In this document: positions 44,245 through 57,836 of the stretch, one piece after another | How positions within the stretch are numbered: the first letter of the stretch is position 1 | Layout of the letters: each line of letters starts with the position of its first letter | NCBI GenBank assembly: GCA_001661245.1 | Contig: KV454015.1 | Location: 1,042,924 to 1,106,923, forward strand | Direction: 5' to 3' | Length of the DNA stretch: 64,000 nt | DNA from: Pachysolen tannophilus NRRL Y-2460 | Lineage: Eukaryota | The notes under the pieces: generated by a model | The model's database searches: none | What the model saw: the letters and a program-made list of their open reading frames with translations, nothing else | What the model was told of the DNA's origin: nothing | Position numbers and translations under genes: made by a program

Positions 44245-46060
44245 ATGGCTTCAGGTATGTTGATAATATATATTATTTTGTATGGTGATAATGATTATGA
44301 TTAATAAATGGAGGTTAAATAATTCCCTCTTACGTTCCCAATTTTTTTTTTTTAATCGGCGCGTAATTTTATTAATACTATTATTATTATTATTATTATT
44401 ATTATTGAATTTTTTTTATTTTTTCTTTTTATTTTTAATAAAGAAATACATTACTAACATTGAATGTAATGATAATATGAGTAAAGTGGTTGAAACATCA
44501 GTGAATGGAAAAGATCCAAGTTTGGGCAAGCATCATGATTTCAATGATTCAGTTAACGAATCTTTAGATACAAGTACTACCACAAATACCTTGGGTACTC
44601 AAAAGGAGAATGGTGGTATTTCCCTTGGTGCAGGGGACGCAGCTGTTGATTCCAATGGTGCTAGCTCTAATGGTGCTTCCACTGCTTCTGGTACCAATAG
44701 TGGTACAAATGGTGCTGGTGCTGCCAATGGTGCTGGTTCTGCGGCTACGAAAAAACCAGAAGTCAAAATAATTCGTCGTAAATTGAATGGTTATGTTGGA
44801 TTTGCTAATTTGCCAAAACAATGGCATAGAAAATCAATTAGACGTGGTTTTAATTTAAACATTATGGTTGTTGGTGAAAGTGGTTTAGGTAAATCAACTT
44901 TAATTAACACATTATTTAATCGTGATTTGTATAGTCATAGACTGCAAAATGATGGTTCTCTTAGTTTGGGTCAAAAAGAATTGACTTCTACAACTTCTTC
45001 AGGTAATTTTAGTGGATTGATAACAAATGATGTTACCATTGAAAGTGTTTCTACAGATATTGAAGAAAATGGTATTAAATTACATTTGACTGTACTTGAT
45101 ACTGTTGGTTTTGGTGATGCAATCAATAATGAAGATTCTTGGAAACCAATTGTTGAAGATATTGAAAATAGATTTAATACTTATTTGGAAGCTGAAAATA
45201 AAATTAATAGACAAACTATTGCTGATAATAGAGTACATGCTTTACTTTATTTTATTGAACCAACAGGTCATTCTTTAAAACCTTTGGATATTAAATTTAT
45301 GAAAGAAATTCATGAAAAAGTTAATTTAATTCCAATTATAGCAAAATCGGATATTTTAACTGAAGAAGAAATTTATGAATTTAAACAAAGAATTATGGAT
45401 GATATTAATAATCAAGGTATAAATATTTTTAAACCTCCTCAATATGAAAATGATGATGATGAAACAATATTAAATACTCAAGAAATTATGTCAAAAGTTC
45501 CATTTGCTGTTGTTGGTTCAATAGATGAAATACAAACAAAAGATGGTAGATCTGTAAGAGGACGTAATTATCCTTGGGGTATTATTGAAGTTGATAATGA
45601 AAATCATTGTGATTTTATTAAATTACGTCAATTATTAATTAGAAATTATATGGAAGAATTAAAAGAAACTACATCAAAATATTTGTTTGAAAATTATAGA
45701 ACTGAAAAATTGAAAAAATTAGGTATTCAACAAGATAATTCTGTATTTAGAGAATTTGATCCTTCTTCAAGACAAGAAGAAGAAAAAATTTTACATGAAG
45801 CAAAATTAGCTAAAATGGAAGCAGATTTGAAAACAATTTTTCAAACAAAAGTAAGCGCAAAAGAGAAAAAATTACAAAGTCAAGAATCAGAATTATTTTC
45901 AAAACATAAAGAAATGAAAGAAAAATTAAATGCAAATATTAAAGCTTTAGAAGAGAAAAAACGTACATTAGAAGCTGCAGCTAAAGCTCGTCTGGAACAA
46001 CAAGCAGCAGCATCAGCTCAACCAACACATCAAAAATCTCGTAAAGGTTTTTTACGTTGA
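44245..46060 (+). CDS. CDC3: Septin Cdc3; exon 1 44245-44254, intron from 44255 to 44486 or 44501
   Basis: ATG GCT TCA G|GTATGT and TACTAAC at 44452. Motifs YVGFANLPKQWHRKSIRRGF, GESGLGKST and AKSD, then a coiled coil ending KSRKGFLR. Confidence 0.93.
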
Positions 46061-46160
46061 ATTGAAAGTTTGAAAATGTTTTATTTATCTCTTTTAAGTT
46101 TTTCTTTTTTTTTTTTCTTCTTCTCTTTTCCAAATTTTCTGAATTATCTTTTTTTTTTTT

Positions 46161-46573
46161 NNNNNNNNNNNNNNNNNNNNNNNNNNNNNNNNNNNNNNNN
46201 NNNNNNNNNNNNNNNNNNNNNNNNNNNNNNNNNNNNNNNNNNNNNNNNNNNNNNNNNNNNNNNNNNNNNNNNNNNNNNNNNNNNNNNNNNNNNNNNNNNN
46301 NNNNNNNNNNNNNNNNNNNNNNNNNNNNNNNNNNNNNNNNNNNNNNNNNNNNNNNNNNNNNNNNNNNNNNNNNNNNNNNNNNNNNNNNNNNNNNNNNNNN
46401 NNNNNNNNNNNNNNNNNNNNNNNNNNNNNNNNNNNNNNNNNNNNNNNNNNNNNNNNNNNNNNNNNNNNNNNNNNNNNNNNNNNNNNNNNNNNNNNNNNNN
46501 NNNNNNNNNNNNNNNNNNNNNNNNNNNNNNNNNNNNNNNNNNNNNNNNNNNNNNNNNNNNNNNNNNNNNNNNN
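46161..46573. other. Scaffold gap (N run)
   Basis: Run of Ns. Confidence 0.99.
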
Positions 46574-47056
46574 TATATATAATTTTTTTTTTTTTTTTTT
46601 TTCTGTTTGTCGGGATAATGTTACTTAAAGTCAGTTTAGTTGAACCTTTTGATTTGAAAACAAAAAAAGAAAAGACAAAAAAAAAAAAATTTTAGAAATA
46701 TACTCCTTTTTATTCCAATATATGTATAGATGTGTTTTAGTTAAGAAAATAGACATTGTTTTCTTGACATTTTTCTTTTTTAGGTTTCGTATTTTCCAAT
46801 ATTTATATTTCTAGTGTTGTCTGTTTGCTTTTTTTTTGAAAATATTTCTTTTATTTTTTTTTTTATTTTTTAAAAAAAATAATTTGAAATGAAAATAATA
46901 AATTTTAATTTATTTTAAAAACATAGGTAAAAAAAAAAATTTATTTTGCTTCTGCTTATCGTTAATTGCTATATTATTTATAATATAAATTCTTTATTTT
47001 TTTTTTTATTTTTTTTTATTATTTTAATATAACAATTAAAATAAATTTATTAGAAT

Positions 47057-47968
47057 ATGTCAGTTAATTCAGCAAAGGTTCAAAGACCATTATCGGAGAA
47101 ATTCATTGAATTGTTTCAAGTATGTGTATTTATGGATGGTGATCTACTTTATTAATTTTTTTTTTTTTTTTTTAAAGTTGATACTAACATTGATAATGTT
47201 TTATTTATTTAGACAATGCAATTTGTTTGGTATTCAGGTCATATAGTAACTCTAACAAGTGGATTTTTTTATATTTTAACTTTTAAGAAGTTTTGGTATC
47301 GATTATTATACCTTTCAGTATTGGAATCGTTTGGTGTTATCATTTATCAACTTTATTTCAAACCTAAAAACCCAATTTCTTTAAATTCACTGTTATTGGA
47401 TGATAATTTACAATATTTTGGTATTGCGTTTTTTTTTCTTATCAATTCAGTTTGTTATCCAATAACTATAATACCTTTTTTATTTTTTGCAGTTTTCCAT
47501 ACTTTAAATTATACTAGAACATGTATTTTACCATTATTGGTTGATCAAGAAAATGAAGAATCGATAAAAAATTCAAGAATTAATAGTATTTCAAATTCCA
47601 TTTTAAATTTTACCAAAAATTATAATGATAAATCAATGAAGCTTTCATCAAATGTGGAAATATTCACTTTTTTTTGGTTCTTGATCAAATCCATTTTTTT
47701 CAGAAAAAATGCATGGATAAGCTTGGTTGTTTATTCAATTTTTATCAAGTTGAGATTTGAAAATTCTATTTATATTAGAAATATTTTCAAAAACTATGAA
47801 GTTAGATTCGATGGTTTGATTTCTCATCCTAATGTACCACCTATCGTTAAGAAAATTTGGCTCAATATCAAAATTAGTATGAAGAAAATTGGATCGATAC
47901 CTTTAGCTGTTCCAAAATCTCAACCTTCATCCTCTCATTCTCAAGAGGAAACAACGAAAACAAAATGA
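47057..47968 (+). CDS. POM33: TMEM33-family nuclear pore/ER membrane protein; exons 47057-47119 and 47213-47968
   Basis: Phase-0 intron GTATGT..TACTAAC..TAG. QFVWYSGH, LLDDNLQY, PFLFFAVFHTLNY and FIKLRFE.S motifs; near HIF1 and SSA, as in S. cerevisiae. Confidence 0.85.
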
Positions 47969-48474
47969 ATTCTTTTTTCTTTCTTTCTTTATTATTATTT
48001 TTTTTTTTTTTTTTTGCTCTTCAGATTAATTCGTGAGAAGGAAGTAGTAATTTTTATAGGAGTCCTTTACAATATCATTCGTTTTGTAAAGTAATGTGTG
48101 TATTTTAATTGTTAAATATCCATGTAGTGATTCTTCATTCTCCATTTGAACCTCGGCCACTTTTTTTTCCGCTCAAATTTAGGCGGACATTCACCGCCTA
48201 AAAGTGGAGAGATGTAAAGAAAGAAAAAAAATTTTTTTTTTTTTTTTTTTGGTAATAATTATTTCATCACCGAACTAACTAACTGTACGCTTAAGCAAAT
48301 TGGAAATTTTATTTCAATGAATAATATAAATAAGGTATTATTTAAATAGAACAATTTTTTTTTATTTTTTGTGCTTCAGGTTATATTTAATTTTGGACTG
48401 GATAAATTTGGTATATTGTGCTTTAAGGAAACTAGGATTTAAATAGTTTTGATTGATATTATTCATTATACATT

Positions 48475-49443
48475 ATGGCCCCTCCACCAACTTTGAACAT
48501 AGATGCTCAAGCTGTAAGTGGGATAACAGGTTCAATATCTATAGCATGTTGGATAATTGTATTTGCTCCTCAGATATATGAGAATTTTATACGTAAATCT
48601 TCAGAAGGTCTTTCGTTATTATTTGTGGTGTTATGGTTAGCAGGTGATGTATTTAATGTGTTGGGTGCTATATTACAAGGAGTATTACCAACAATGATAA
48701 TACTTGCGATATATTATACATTAGCTGATATTGTCTTATTATGGCAGTGTATTGTTTATGGGAATCATAAGAATGTTGATCCTGTACATTTAAGCCCGGC
48801 AAATCCTTTAAATGAAAATGATAATTTATTAGAGAATGTTTTATCAAATGAATCTGATACTGAAGATAATCAAAGTTTTAGTAATGAAGAAGATATTGAA
48901 AGTTTTATTGATACTAATGGCTTTACAAATAATTTATCTGATAATAAATGGTCTATTTTTTATAATTGTTTAATGGTAGTATTGGTTATCATTGCAGGTG
49001 TTAGTGGTTGGTACTTTGGTAACCAAAAAAATCCAGATGATGGACATGATCATAAACCTAATCAAGATTTAATTTTTGATCCTCTTGCTCAAATTTTTGG
49101 TTGGTTATGTGCTGCTTTATATTTAGGTTCTAGGATTCCACAAATTTTATTAAATTTTAAAAGAAAATCTTGTGATGGTATTTCATTTATGTTTTTCTTA
49201 TTTGCTTGTTTAGGAAATTTAACTTATGTTATTTCAATATTTGCCATTGATTCTTCAAAAAATTATTTATTAATCAATAGTTCATGGTTAGCTGGTAGTT
49301 TGGGGACATTATTTTTAGATTTCATGATATTTGTTCAATTTTACATATATAATGAGAGTAACTTAATGTTGGATAATGAATCAGAATCATTCTTGGTGGA
49401 AAATGATACAAATAATAGTTCAGCACAATATGGCTCTATATAG
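48475..49443 (+). CDS. PQ-loop vacuolar cationic amino-acid transporter (Ypq1/2/3 family)
   Basis: SIACWIIVFAPQIYENF..KSSEGLS and YLGSRIPQILLNF.RKSCDGIS motifs. Confidence 0.92.
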   Translation: MAPPPTLNIDAQAVSGITGSISIACWIIVFAPQIYENFIRKSSEGLSLLFVVLWLAGDVFNVLGAILQGVLPTMIILAIYYTLADIVLLWQCIVYGNHKNVDPVHLSPANPLNENDNLLENVLSNESDTEDNQSFSNEEDIESFIDTNGFTNNLSDNKWSIFYNCLMVVLVIIAGVSGWYFGNQKNPDDGHDHKPNQDLIFDPLAQIFGWLCAALYLGSRIPQILLNFKRKSCDGISFMFFLFACLGNLTYVISIFAIDSSKNYLLINSSWLAGSLGTLFLDFMIFVQFYIYNESNLMLDNESESFLVENDTNNSSAQYGSI

Positions 49444-49887
49444 AATTTAAAAAAAAATAAAGACTTTCTGTAATTATTATTTTATTTAACAAAATTTTTA
49501 TCAATGAGTAGGTTTATTAAGCTGATAGATTGTGTAAAGTACCAGAACTACTACTACTACTACTACTACTACTATACAATGCATACATAAGGTAAAATGA
49601 TAGCTTTCAACGGAATTTATTCAATGAACAGATGATATATATATATATATATAATATACTATATAAATATTAATTTATTCATTCATTCTTTTCTTTATTT
49701 TTTTTTTTTTTATTTCAAATGCTAATAAATGCACAAGTTCATAAATTGTTCGTGAAAACTCGTTATTGTACATAAAAATCACAAAAATAAAAATCTAATT
49801 TGATAATGATAATAATTTTAACAAAAAAAAAATAAAAAAAAATTTAAAAAATTTAAAAGATTTGAAAAAAGGTACCTGTATCTTTAA

Positions 49888-51273
49888 TTAAACCCAGTCT
49901 CTTCCTTTGATTCCTTTCAATTCATCTTGTGTCTTGACCTTACCATTTGTGAAATAACCGGAAGCAATTTTAGCATCAATTTCTACTCTTGAATCAGGTG
50001 GAATCATTTCATCTGGAATAGCAACTCTTTCAAGTATTGGAATACCTTGTTCTACAATGGCATCATACTTCATATTTGACATGGATAACATTCTATCAAT
50101 TTTACGAATACCCAAAAAATGTAATATATCTGGCATTAAAGCTTGAAATCTCATATCTCTAACACCTGCAATACATTCTGTACGATGGAAATATTCATCA
50201 GCGGTATCACCAAAATTTTTTCTAGCATTATAAACTAAATATTTTGTAATTTCACCTAATGATCTACCTTCTTTTCTAAAATAAATAACACAACCAACAC
50301 CACCTTGTTGTGCTTGTTTAGCAGCTTCTATTATACCAAAGATTAAATATGGTCTACAAGTACATAAATCTGAACCAAAAACATCTGATGAATTACATTC
50401 ATCATGTACTCTTAAAGCTAATTTTTTTGAAGGATCTGATAAAAATTCAGGGTTACCAAAAATATAAGCAGTTAATCCACCAATTGGTGGTAAAAAAGTT
50501 TTTATATCAGGTCTTGTAATTAATTCAGGGTACATACCATTTGTATCTTCAAATAAAGCTCTTCTTAAAGTTGCTTCTGAAATATTAAATCTTTTTGCAA
50601 CACCAGGTAAATACCAAACTGGTTCCACTGCAATTTTAGTTATTCTTAAATCACCATTTTGATTGGTAACTATATCACCATCAACTAATAAATTTCCCTT
50701 AATAACTTCATCTTTTAATTCTGCCATTTGTAAAAAAGCTTTTGTGACAGCTATAGTTGGTCTAATTTCAACATTTTCCTTTTGAGATAATTCAGAAAAT
50801 AACCATGGTGCTAAATGACCAAAAGGATCCATAGAAACAATTTTTTCAACTCCTGACCATTGAGGTTGTTGTTTAAAATTAAAAGGTGGTTCTGCACCTG
50901 TATAATCAGCTTTATGATTTGGACTTAAATTATTAGTACCAACAGCCAAAGCATGATAAATTGAATATGGCCCAGAATGAGCTCCAATTGTATTATGCTT
51001 TATTAAACCATCCCTATATCTAGTGGCTACAATCGGACCTCTCATAAACGGATCCGAGGCCCCCCAGTTTAATGGAATAGGTTTCATATTAGGATCATCA
51101 GAATTTGTAGTTAACACAATATCATTACCAAAAAGCTTATCGCTTTCTTTAAAATCTAAAAATTTCTCATCTTTATTATTGTGATTATGGGCGCATGAAG
51201 TATCATGAACCGATGTTTTCTCGGAAATACAAACATAAGGATTGTATGGAGCAACAGCGGCAGCTGGAGACAT
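49888..51273 (-). CDS. URC1: GTP cyclohydrolase II-like uracil catabolism protein (Urc1/Urg1)
   Basis: N-terminal WGA.DP..RGP, IGAHSG.YS.Y and EPVWYLPGVA domain, followed by RVHDECN.SDVFGSD.CTCRPYL and YFRKEGR.LGE. Confidence 0.88.
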   Translation of the reverse strand: MSPAAAVAPYNPYVCISEKTSVHDTSCAHNHNNKDEKFLDFKESDKLFGNDIVLTTNSDDPNMKPIPLNWGASDPFMRGPIVATRYRDGLIKHNTIGAHSGPYSIYHALAVGTNNLSPNHKADYTGAEPPFNFKQQPQWSGVEKIVSMDPFGHLAPWLFSELSQKENVEIRPTIAVTKAFLQMAELKDEVIKGNLLVDGDIVTNQNGDLRITKIAVEPVWYLPGVAKRFNISEATLRRALFEDTNGMYPELITRPDIKTFLPPIGGLTAYIFGNPEFLSDPSKKLALRVHDECNSSDVFGSDLCTCRPYLIFGIIEAAKQAQQGGVGCVIYFRKEGRSLGEITKYLVYNARKNFGDTADEYFHRTECIAGVRDMRFQALMPDILHFLGIRKIDRMLSMSNMKYDAIVEQGIPILERVAIPDEMIPPDSRVEIDAKIASGYFTNGKVKTQDELKGIKGRDWV

Positions 51274-51924
51274 GATATATTTATGTTTATATAAAGATTT
51301 GTTTTCTTTTTTTTTTTTTCTATTTTTTTTTCTAAATAAAACAAAATAGAAAAAATTAAAATGAAATGAAATAAGTTTTAAATAATAATAATAATAAATT
51401 AAAAATTAAAATAATTAAAAGGAATTATTATCCTCTATTTATATCTATATTCAATAAACCTCGTTTCATCATACAGTACATACATATCTTATTTATTATT
51501 AATAAAAAGTTTAAAGAGATGATGAGTACTATAGTAATAAACCTGCTTAAACCGACTTTTTCTAAACTCCTTATCAAACCGCAGGAGAAAAATACAGGAT
51601 GACCCCACCTGCGCGATAAAGATAAATTGCAGTAAATTCCCATTTCAAAAGAGCATCCACATGGGTATATACTGCAAAGTGTGTGCAATGTAATTCCTGT
51701 TTATGCTGAGTAGTGGGAGGCCTGCGGAACAAGACGGTGTTGTGTTTTTACACTACTTTTAACTTTTAACTTGTTTTTTTGTTTTTCTGTTATTCCTACA
51801 ATTTTATGGCTTTAGGTTCACTACTGAAATTGATTGTTTGTTCGTACACAAATATGAAAAATTGATAGTACTTAACTTAACTTCACTGAATATGCGGTCT
51901 GCCCTTTTACTTCTATGTTGTACT

Positions 51925-54705
51925 TTAATGTTCAAAATGATCGTCAGTCAAGTACCGAAGTAGGTTTGCCTTTGGATTCCTTTGCTTTCTATTCAATATA
52001 GCAACGTGATCATCAATTTCTTTTATTAACATTGCGTTTGGATCTAATTTTGTAGTTAATAATGGTCGTGGTGGTTGAATTGGTTGTATAAAAGTAGATT
52101 CTAAAATGTCATCACCAGTACTGTGATTAGTTGTAGTGGAACTTGAAGCACGACTTGTAAGACCTTTAGAAGCAGCTTTTGTTGCTGTTGCTGTTGCTGT
52201 TGCCGTTGAAGTTGAAGTTGCGGTTGAGGTTGCGGTCGCAGTTGAGGTTGAGGTTAAAGTTGCAGACGCAGTTGCGTGCGCGGATGCAGATATGGATGCG
52301 TCTGCGGCTAAACCTTGATCACAGCTAGGTAAAGGAAATTTAAAATTAAAATCGATTTTAGCCGGAGGTCTATGATGTTGATGTTGTTGTTGTTTTGATT
52401 TTTGTTTGTGTTGTTTTTCATCGTGTTGTTGGTGTAAGAATGCAGACAAATTGTTCGCTATGTACTGGTTATCGAAAAATGATGAGAAACTATCGCCATG
52501 AGTATGTTTTGAAAAATACGAACTAATAACTCCATCGGCTGGATCCTCATCTTCATCTTCTATATCGTTGTTGACGTCGTTGTCGTTGCTGACATCATTG
52601 TCGTTGTCATTGTATTCGTCGTCGTCGATTTCCTCACTTGTTGAAGTTCTTGTATCGCTCAACAGACTAGATGACGTCATTGATTGGAAACTATTTCTGA
52701 ATTCAAATTGTTTACTATTACGATAATCTTTTATGCTATTAATTGATGAAACTGAATGTGCTGAACTATGTTTTTTAAATGAGCCTAATACAGATCTCGA
52801 ATGTTTTAATCGATCATAAGAAGAATGTCTTTTTGATAATGTAGTTGAAGCAAATTGGAACCCACTTGCTGAAAACGAAGTACCACTACGATGATGATGC
52901 GAAATATGGAATGATGAAGCTTTTTTCAAAGACTTTGAATTTCTTAATTTTGAATGACTTCTTAATCTTGTTAATTCTCTTTCACATGCCTCTTGATGTT
53001 TAGAATCATTCATTTCAACATAACATTTTGGAAAACATCTCAGAGATTGAACATCAAAAAATGTTTTATAACCACCTTCCAAGATTAAAATATCTGGATA
53101 ATATAAATTCGGATAATTGTCCTTATTCATTATTCTATCACATTTCCTCAAATGATTAGCTATTAATGGACCTCGATAAGAACTAAATTCACAATGGAAA
53201 ATAAGTAAAGTATCATTTTTCTTGGAATTCATATCTATTTTCAGCAAACAATCTTCTTTTAAAAATTTATTTTCTAAATCTTTTTGAGAAGAAATATTAA
53301 TTGCACCATCAATATGTCCTCCATTAAATTCATATTCAAATCTACAATCAATTATCAAAACTTTACTAAAATATTCATTATAAACACCATCCAAAATTTT
53401 GACAAATTGATTAACATCTATTCTTGGAATTAAATCACCTTTAACGTTAAAAGTTGAAATCGATGTTTTCTCTAAAGTTGAATTCCCCTTAGATACATCT
53501 TCAAATGTAAGTTTTGTCATATTATTACCAATTTTGGTTATTTGTAAAGAATTATCATCAAAACAAACATCTTGAGGAGTTTGAAACATTGAATGAGTTC
53601 TCCTAACTTTTGATCTACTACTAGAACGGACTTTCTGTTGTAAAGGTGATCCAACATTTCTTCTTAAACTTGGTGATTCTTCATCATGTATGAAATTTTC
53701 CTGACATGGATTATCTTTCTCCAATACTGGTGATGGAATACATAATGAATCTAAATTATTATCTATATTAGCAAAAGAAGTTAATGAATTTGAATGCGAA
53801 CGTACATGAAAAAATGAACCATTAATCATACTTGTGGTTCTATGATTAAACCCGGCAGTTGCTGTTGTTGTTGATTCTGCTCTTTTTGGACCTCTTCTTT
53901 GAGGAAAATTAAATTTTGGTTTATTATGATTAGATTGTGCTGCAGAAGAATGTGTTTCTGTAGATGTCAATAATGCTAAAGATTCGTTAGATTCATTAAA
54001 TATTTGGAAACTTGATGTCGAAGTATTTGATGATGAAAAGGAAGACATGAAATTTCTTGAAAATGTAGATGACGTTGTCGTTGTGACTGAACTTGATGAT
54101 ACTGTTTTAGAATTGGAAATCATACCCAATGGTCTACGAAACTGATAATCTTCATTATCATTGGTATTATCAATATTGTTAGTATGAACCATTTGTTCTT
54201 TTGAAACCAGTTGATTTTTTTCTGACGTCATAGCTGGTCTCATATTTTCACTATCTGAATCAATTATCATTGGTGATTTGACATTTTTTGAGCCAGCAAA
54301 TGACGATCTCATTGGAGTTATGGCCTCAATTTCGTTATTTCTAGTAATAAAATATTAGTTGGTTAGTTAGTATATACAAGAGAGAAAGAGAGCAAAAAAA
54401 AAAAAAAAAAAAAAAATTGACAAGTAAAAAAAACAAATTTCTACTCACTTTTCAATGTGGAAATTTTTAGATAAGTCAGACACCAATGATGTGGTTGGTG
54501 AATTCAAAGAAGGACTCAATGGTCTCTTAAAACTACTTTTCTTTGAATCCATATTACTTTTCAATTTATTTCTAGAATTGAATAGAGGTGATTTCACTTT
54601 TGAAAGAAATTCAATATCATCATTCATTTCTTGTTCAAAAAATAAACCTGAATTATGTTTTTCTTCGAGCTCTGCTTTATTTTTCAAACCAAAATCTAAT
54701 CTCAT
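51925..54705 (-). CDS. MIH1: Cdc25-type M-phase inducer phosphatase; exons 54705-54449 and 54340-51925
   Basis: IIDCRFEYEFNGGHI and HCEFSSYRGP motifs. A phase-2 intron 54448-54341 (GTGAGT..TACTAAC..TAG) joins the 86-aa upstream ORF in frame. Confidence 0.9.
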
Positions 54706-55686
54706 TATATTTGAAGTTTCCCCGTTAGAGACAATTCCTGATTTTAAAGAGCAAATAAATCAATTGAAAACTCAAGAGAAAAAAAAACCTTAAAATCAAA
54801 ACCAAAACGAAAACCAAAACCAAAAAAAAAAAAAATAAAATAAAAAAAATGAGTGTGAATTTAGATAGTATAGCGAGTGGAATGAATAATATCAATGAAA
54901 CAGATTAAACTAAATTTAGTCTTTATAATTAATTAATCAAAAACATTAGTTCATAAATTGAACTTTTTCTTTATTTTTGTGGTTTTGAAATCAATATAAT
55001 CAACTTATTATTAATTTACTTATTTCCCAATCTACCTATTTACCTATTTGCCTATTTACCTTAATTGATCAAGGTTTACCTTACCTTAAAATTAAACAGG
55101 TTGCTTTAAATTTATATATTTCCCAATCAAGTAAGTTCACGTGTCACTTCTAGGTACACAAGCTGCAGCCAAAATTGGCAGACTCTGGAAAAACTAAATA
55201 AAGTAGTGTCTGTAGCTTAAACATCCAAAAGAGGCAATTTTGTTTTTTTTCTCACTTTTTCATTTCAACTTTCTGTTATGATGCATTATTCTGTAAGTTG
55301 CTCTACTTAATTTCTGCACCTTTTTAAGTTTTGGTTATTATGGACTATTCGAAAGAAACCAATCACTTTAAAAGTTAACGGTGTATTATTGATTAATGTG
55401 GTTCTTTATGAAATAAAATAAAAAAAAGGAAAAAGAAAAGAAAAAAGGAAAAAGGTAATTATACTTTCTTGGTACTAGTGTAGGTTGTTGTTGAAGCTTT
55501 TTGCTTCCTTTTTAATTATTTGCTACAAGGATAGTTGCTCCCTTTCGGAATTAAAGTTTAAGTTTTTCCCTGATTATTCTATGAATTCAACTTTTGAAAT
55601 GATATATAAATAGACAACAGCTTGGTTAGTCACAAGCTACTATTTTTTATAACTTATTGATAATAATTTTAATATAAGTATTAGAG

Positions 55687-55992
55687 ATGTCAGACAGTAG
55701 GTATATTTGCCATATATTTTTTAATTTTTTTTTTTTTGTTTTTGTCGTCATGCAAGGTTGATGTATGCATATACTAACATTGTAAATTATCGTGGTTTTA
55801 TTAGAACAAAACATTGCAAGCAACGTCGAATCCAAGACTAAAAACTCTGAGAAATCACTTGTTGATGAGGCCAAGGGATTTCTTCAGAAAAATGTAAATC
55901 CTGATGATCTTGCCTCGAAGACCAATTCAGAAACGGCAAAGAATGCAATTCACAAGGCTGCAGATTCTCTTGGTCTTGGTGGTAAGAAATAA
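55687..55992 (+). CDS. 65-aa Hsp9/Hsp12/Wh11-like stress protein; exons 55687-55696 and 55805-55992
   Basis: ATG TCA GAC A|GTAGGT..TACTAAC..TAG|AA gives MSDKQNIASNVESKTKNSEKSLVDEAKGFL...KAADSLGLGGKK. TATATAAA upstream. Confidence 0.7.
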
Positions 55993-56168
55993 TTGAACAA
56001 GATTGAGAACGGTTCTATTATTTTCAATTGGTGATTTAGTTCAGCACTTTTTTTTTTTTAAAAAAAAAAATTTAGTTTTATTTAATTCGGATATATATGG
56101 TTTTCAATAATTAGTTTTCATAACTTTTGAATAATAAATATTTAAAAATATATATAAATGTTATTTTG

Positions 56169-57836
56169 TTATTTTTTAAACTTGATTTCGAAAAAAGATA
56201 GTAGTTCCAAATGAGGAAATGTTTTTTGAAAATCTTCAATTGTCTTTCCAAAAACGTTTAGAAGTTGGTATTTGTAGTTGTGTAGTATGATTTCTTCTCT
56301 TTGACTAAAAGTATTCAACTTAAATAAATTTGGTGATTGACAGTCATCAATTAATACTGTATTTAAGATATTATTTTCTAAATGTGTCTTTAAATTTTCC
56401 TTTATTCTCAATGATTCGTAATTACAAGTTTCAATAAAATCTTCTTTCCAAAAATCGTATAACATCTTATCTGAAGCAGTTACTAGTGAAATAAATGATT
56501 TTAATTTTTTCGGATTTGTCCATGAAAATTTCTTTAATGTTGAAATAAAAGGATAAAACATTTCCGGTTTTATTTTATAAATTTCCCATGTTGTTAAATG
56601 TATTGTTTCCAAGTTACGTGAAGACAAATTTCTGAAAAATTTTAAAATATGAGATTTCCCATATCCTAAGCAATCATAGTGACATATTTTGCAACTAAAT
56701 TTAATATTTAAAGCTAATTTTTTTAATCTGTTTAAATATGGAGCTAAATCTAATAATATTGAAATTTGTGAATTTAATTGACAACTATCATGATCATATG
56801 TTGTTAAAATATCAGTCAATTCCAATGATTCTAAAGTAAAAAATTCAATACTTCTTAACAATATATCTAAATCTCTAGATTCCATTAAAAGTTTTGTTAA
56901 AGTTAAATTTTTCAACTTCAATTTTCGGAAATTTGTAATTTGTTCCAAAATATTAATCCATGAACTTGAATTTGTAATTTTTTTTTGGTTGTCGAGTGAT
57001 TTTTCATTGTAAGTATTAATTGGAGTAGAAGTATATACTGTATTGTTCCCGCTTGATAAAATTCCATCACTAAAATCAACTTTGCAAGAAGATAAAGAAC
57101 TATTCTTGTTGTTACTTTGATAATTGCATGTCTTGAAATTTTGCTTAAATTTGTCTTTAAACGATATTTTATTTAATGATTTTCTCTTATTCTCAATAGT
57201 GGTGTCTTTAATATCATTTAACTTGATAGTTTCCTCGGAAACTTTATTATATTGTAAAGATTGATCTTGTGGAAATTGACTAGATCCATGTTGGAAGTTT
57301 GAATTTTCATTGTTGAAAATGTTAGTTGGTGAAATTGCATCATTACAATTCCCAGTTATAGTCAATTTTTTAATTTGATCTAAAGTTTCTCCCCAAATTA
57401 AAAAATTCGAAACTAATCCAATAAATGTTGGATCAGTCGAATTATCCAAATTAATAATCAAGTTTTCAACATTTGGGAAACTTAAAATGTCATTTTTATA
57501 AATGTTGGATACAGAATTATTATTATTGCAAAGTCCAACGCATAAAGTCTTGAGCTTTAATCTTATATCATTTGGTAATATTTGAAATTTAACTATTGGT
57601 AATCTTGGTATCATTAAAACTTCCAAGTTTTTAAACATAGACGAAGTAAGATACCAAGAATCATTTATTGTAAAAGATGAAGAACTTTCCCAATTTAGCT
57701 CAGCAAAACACCAAATTTCTTTTACAAAAGTTGCCAAGACTGGATCACCTAGTCTAATAGTATCAAAACATTGTATAATTTTTGAAACTGGAACTATAGT
57801 CGATGGTAACAAAGTGAATTGCTGTTTAGATGACTT
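56169..57836 (-). pseudogene. C-terminal (LRR-like) portion of an F-box protein, with no ATG at the start of the open frame
   Basis: Frame is open 57836-56169 and begins KSSKQQFTLLPSTIVP...CFDTIRLGDPVLATFVKEIW, typical of the segment following an F-box. First ATG only at 57638. Confidence 0.5.

Noticed and set aside
13980..46582. ORF-track entries running through the N gaps (near 14.1, 34.7 and 46.2 kb)
   Set aside because: Artefacts of translating Ns.
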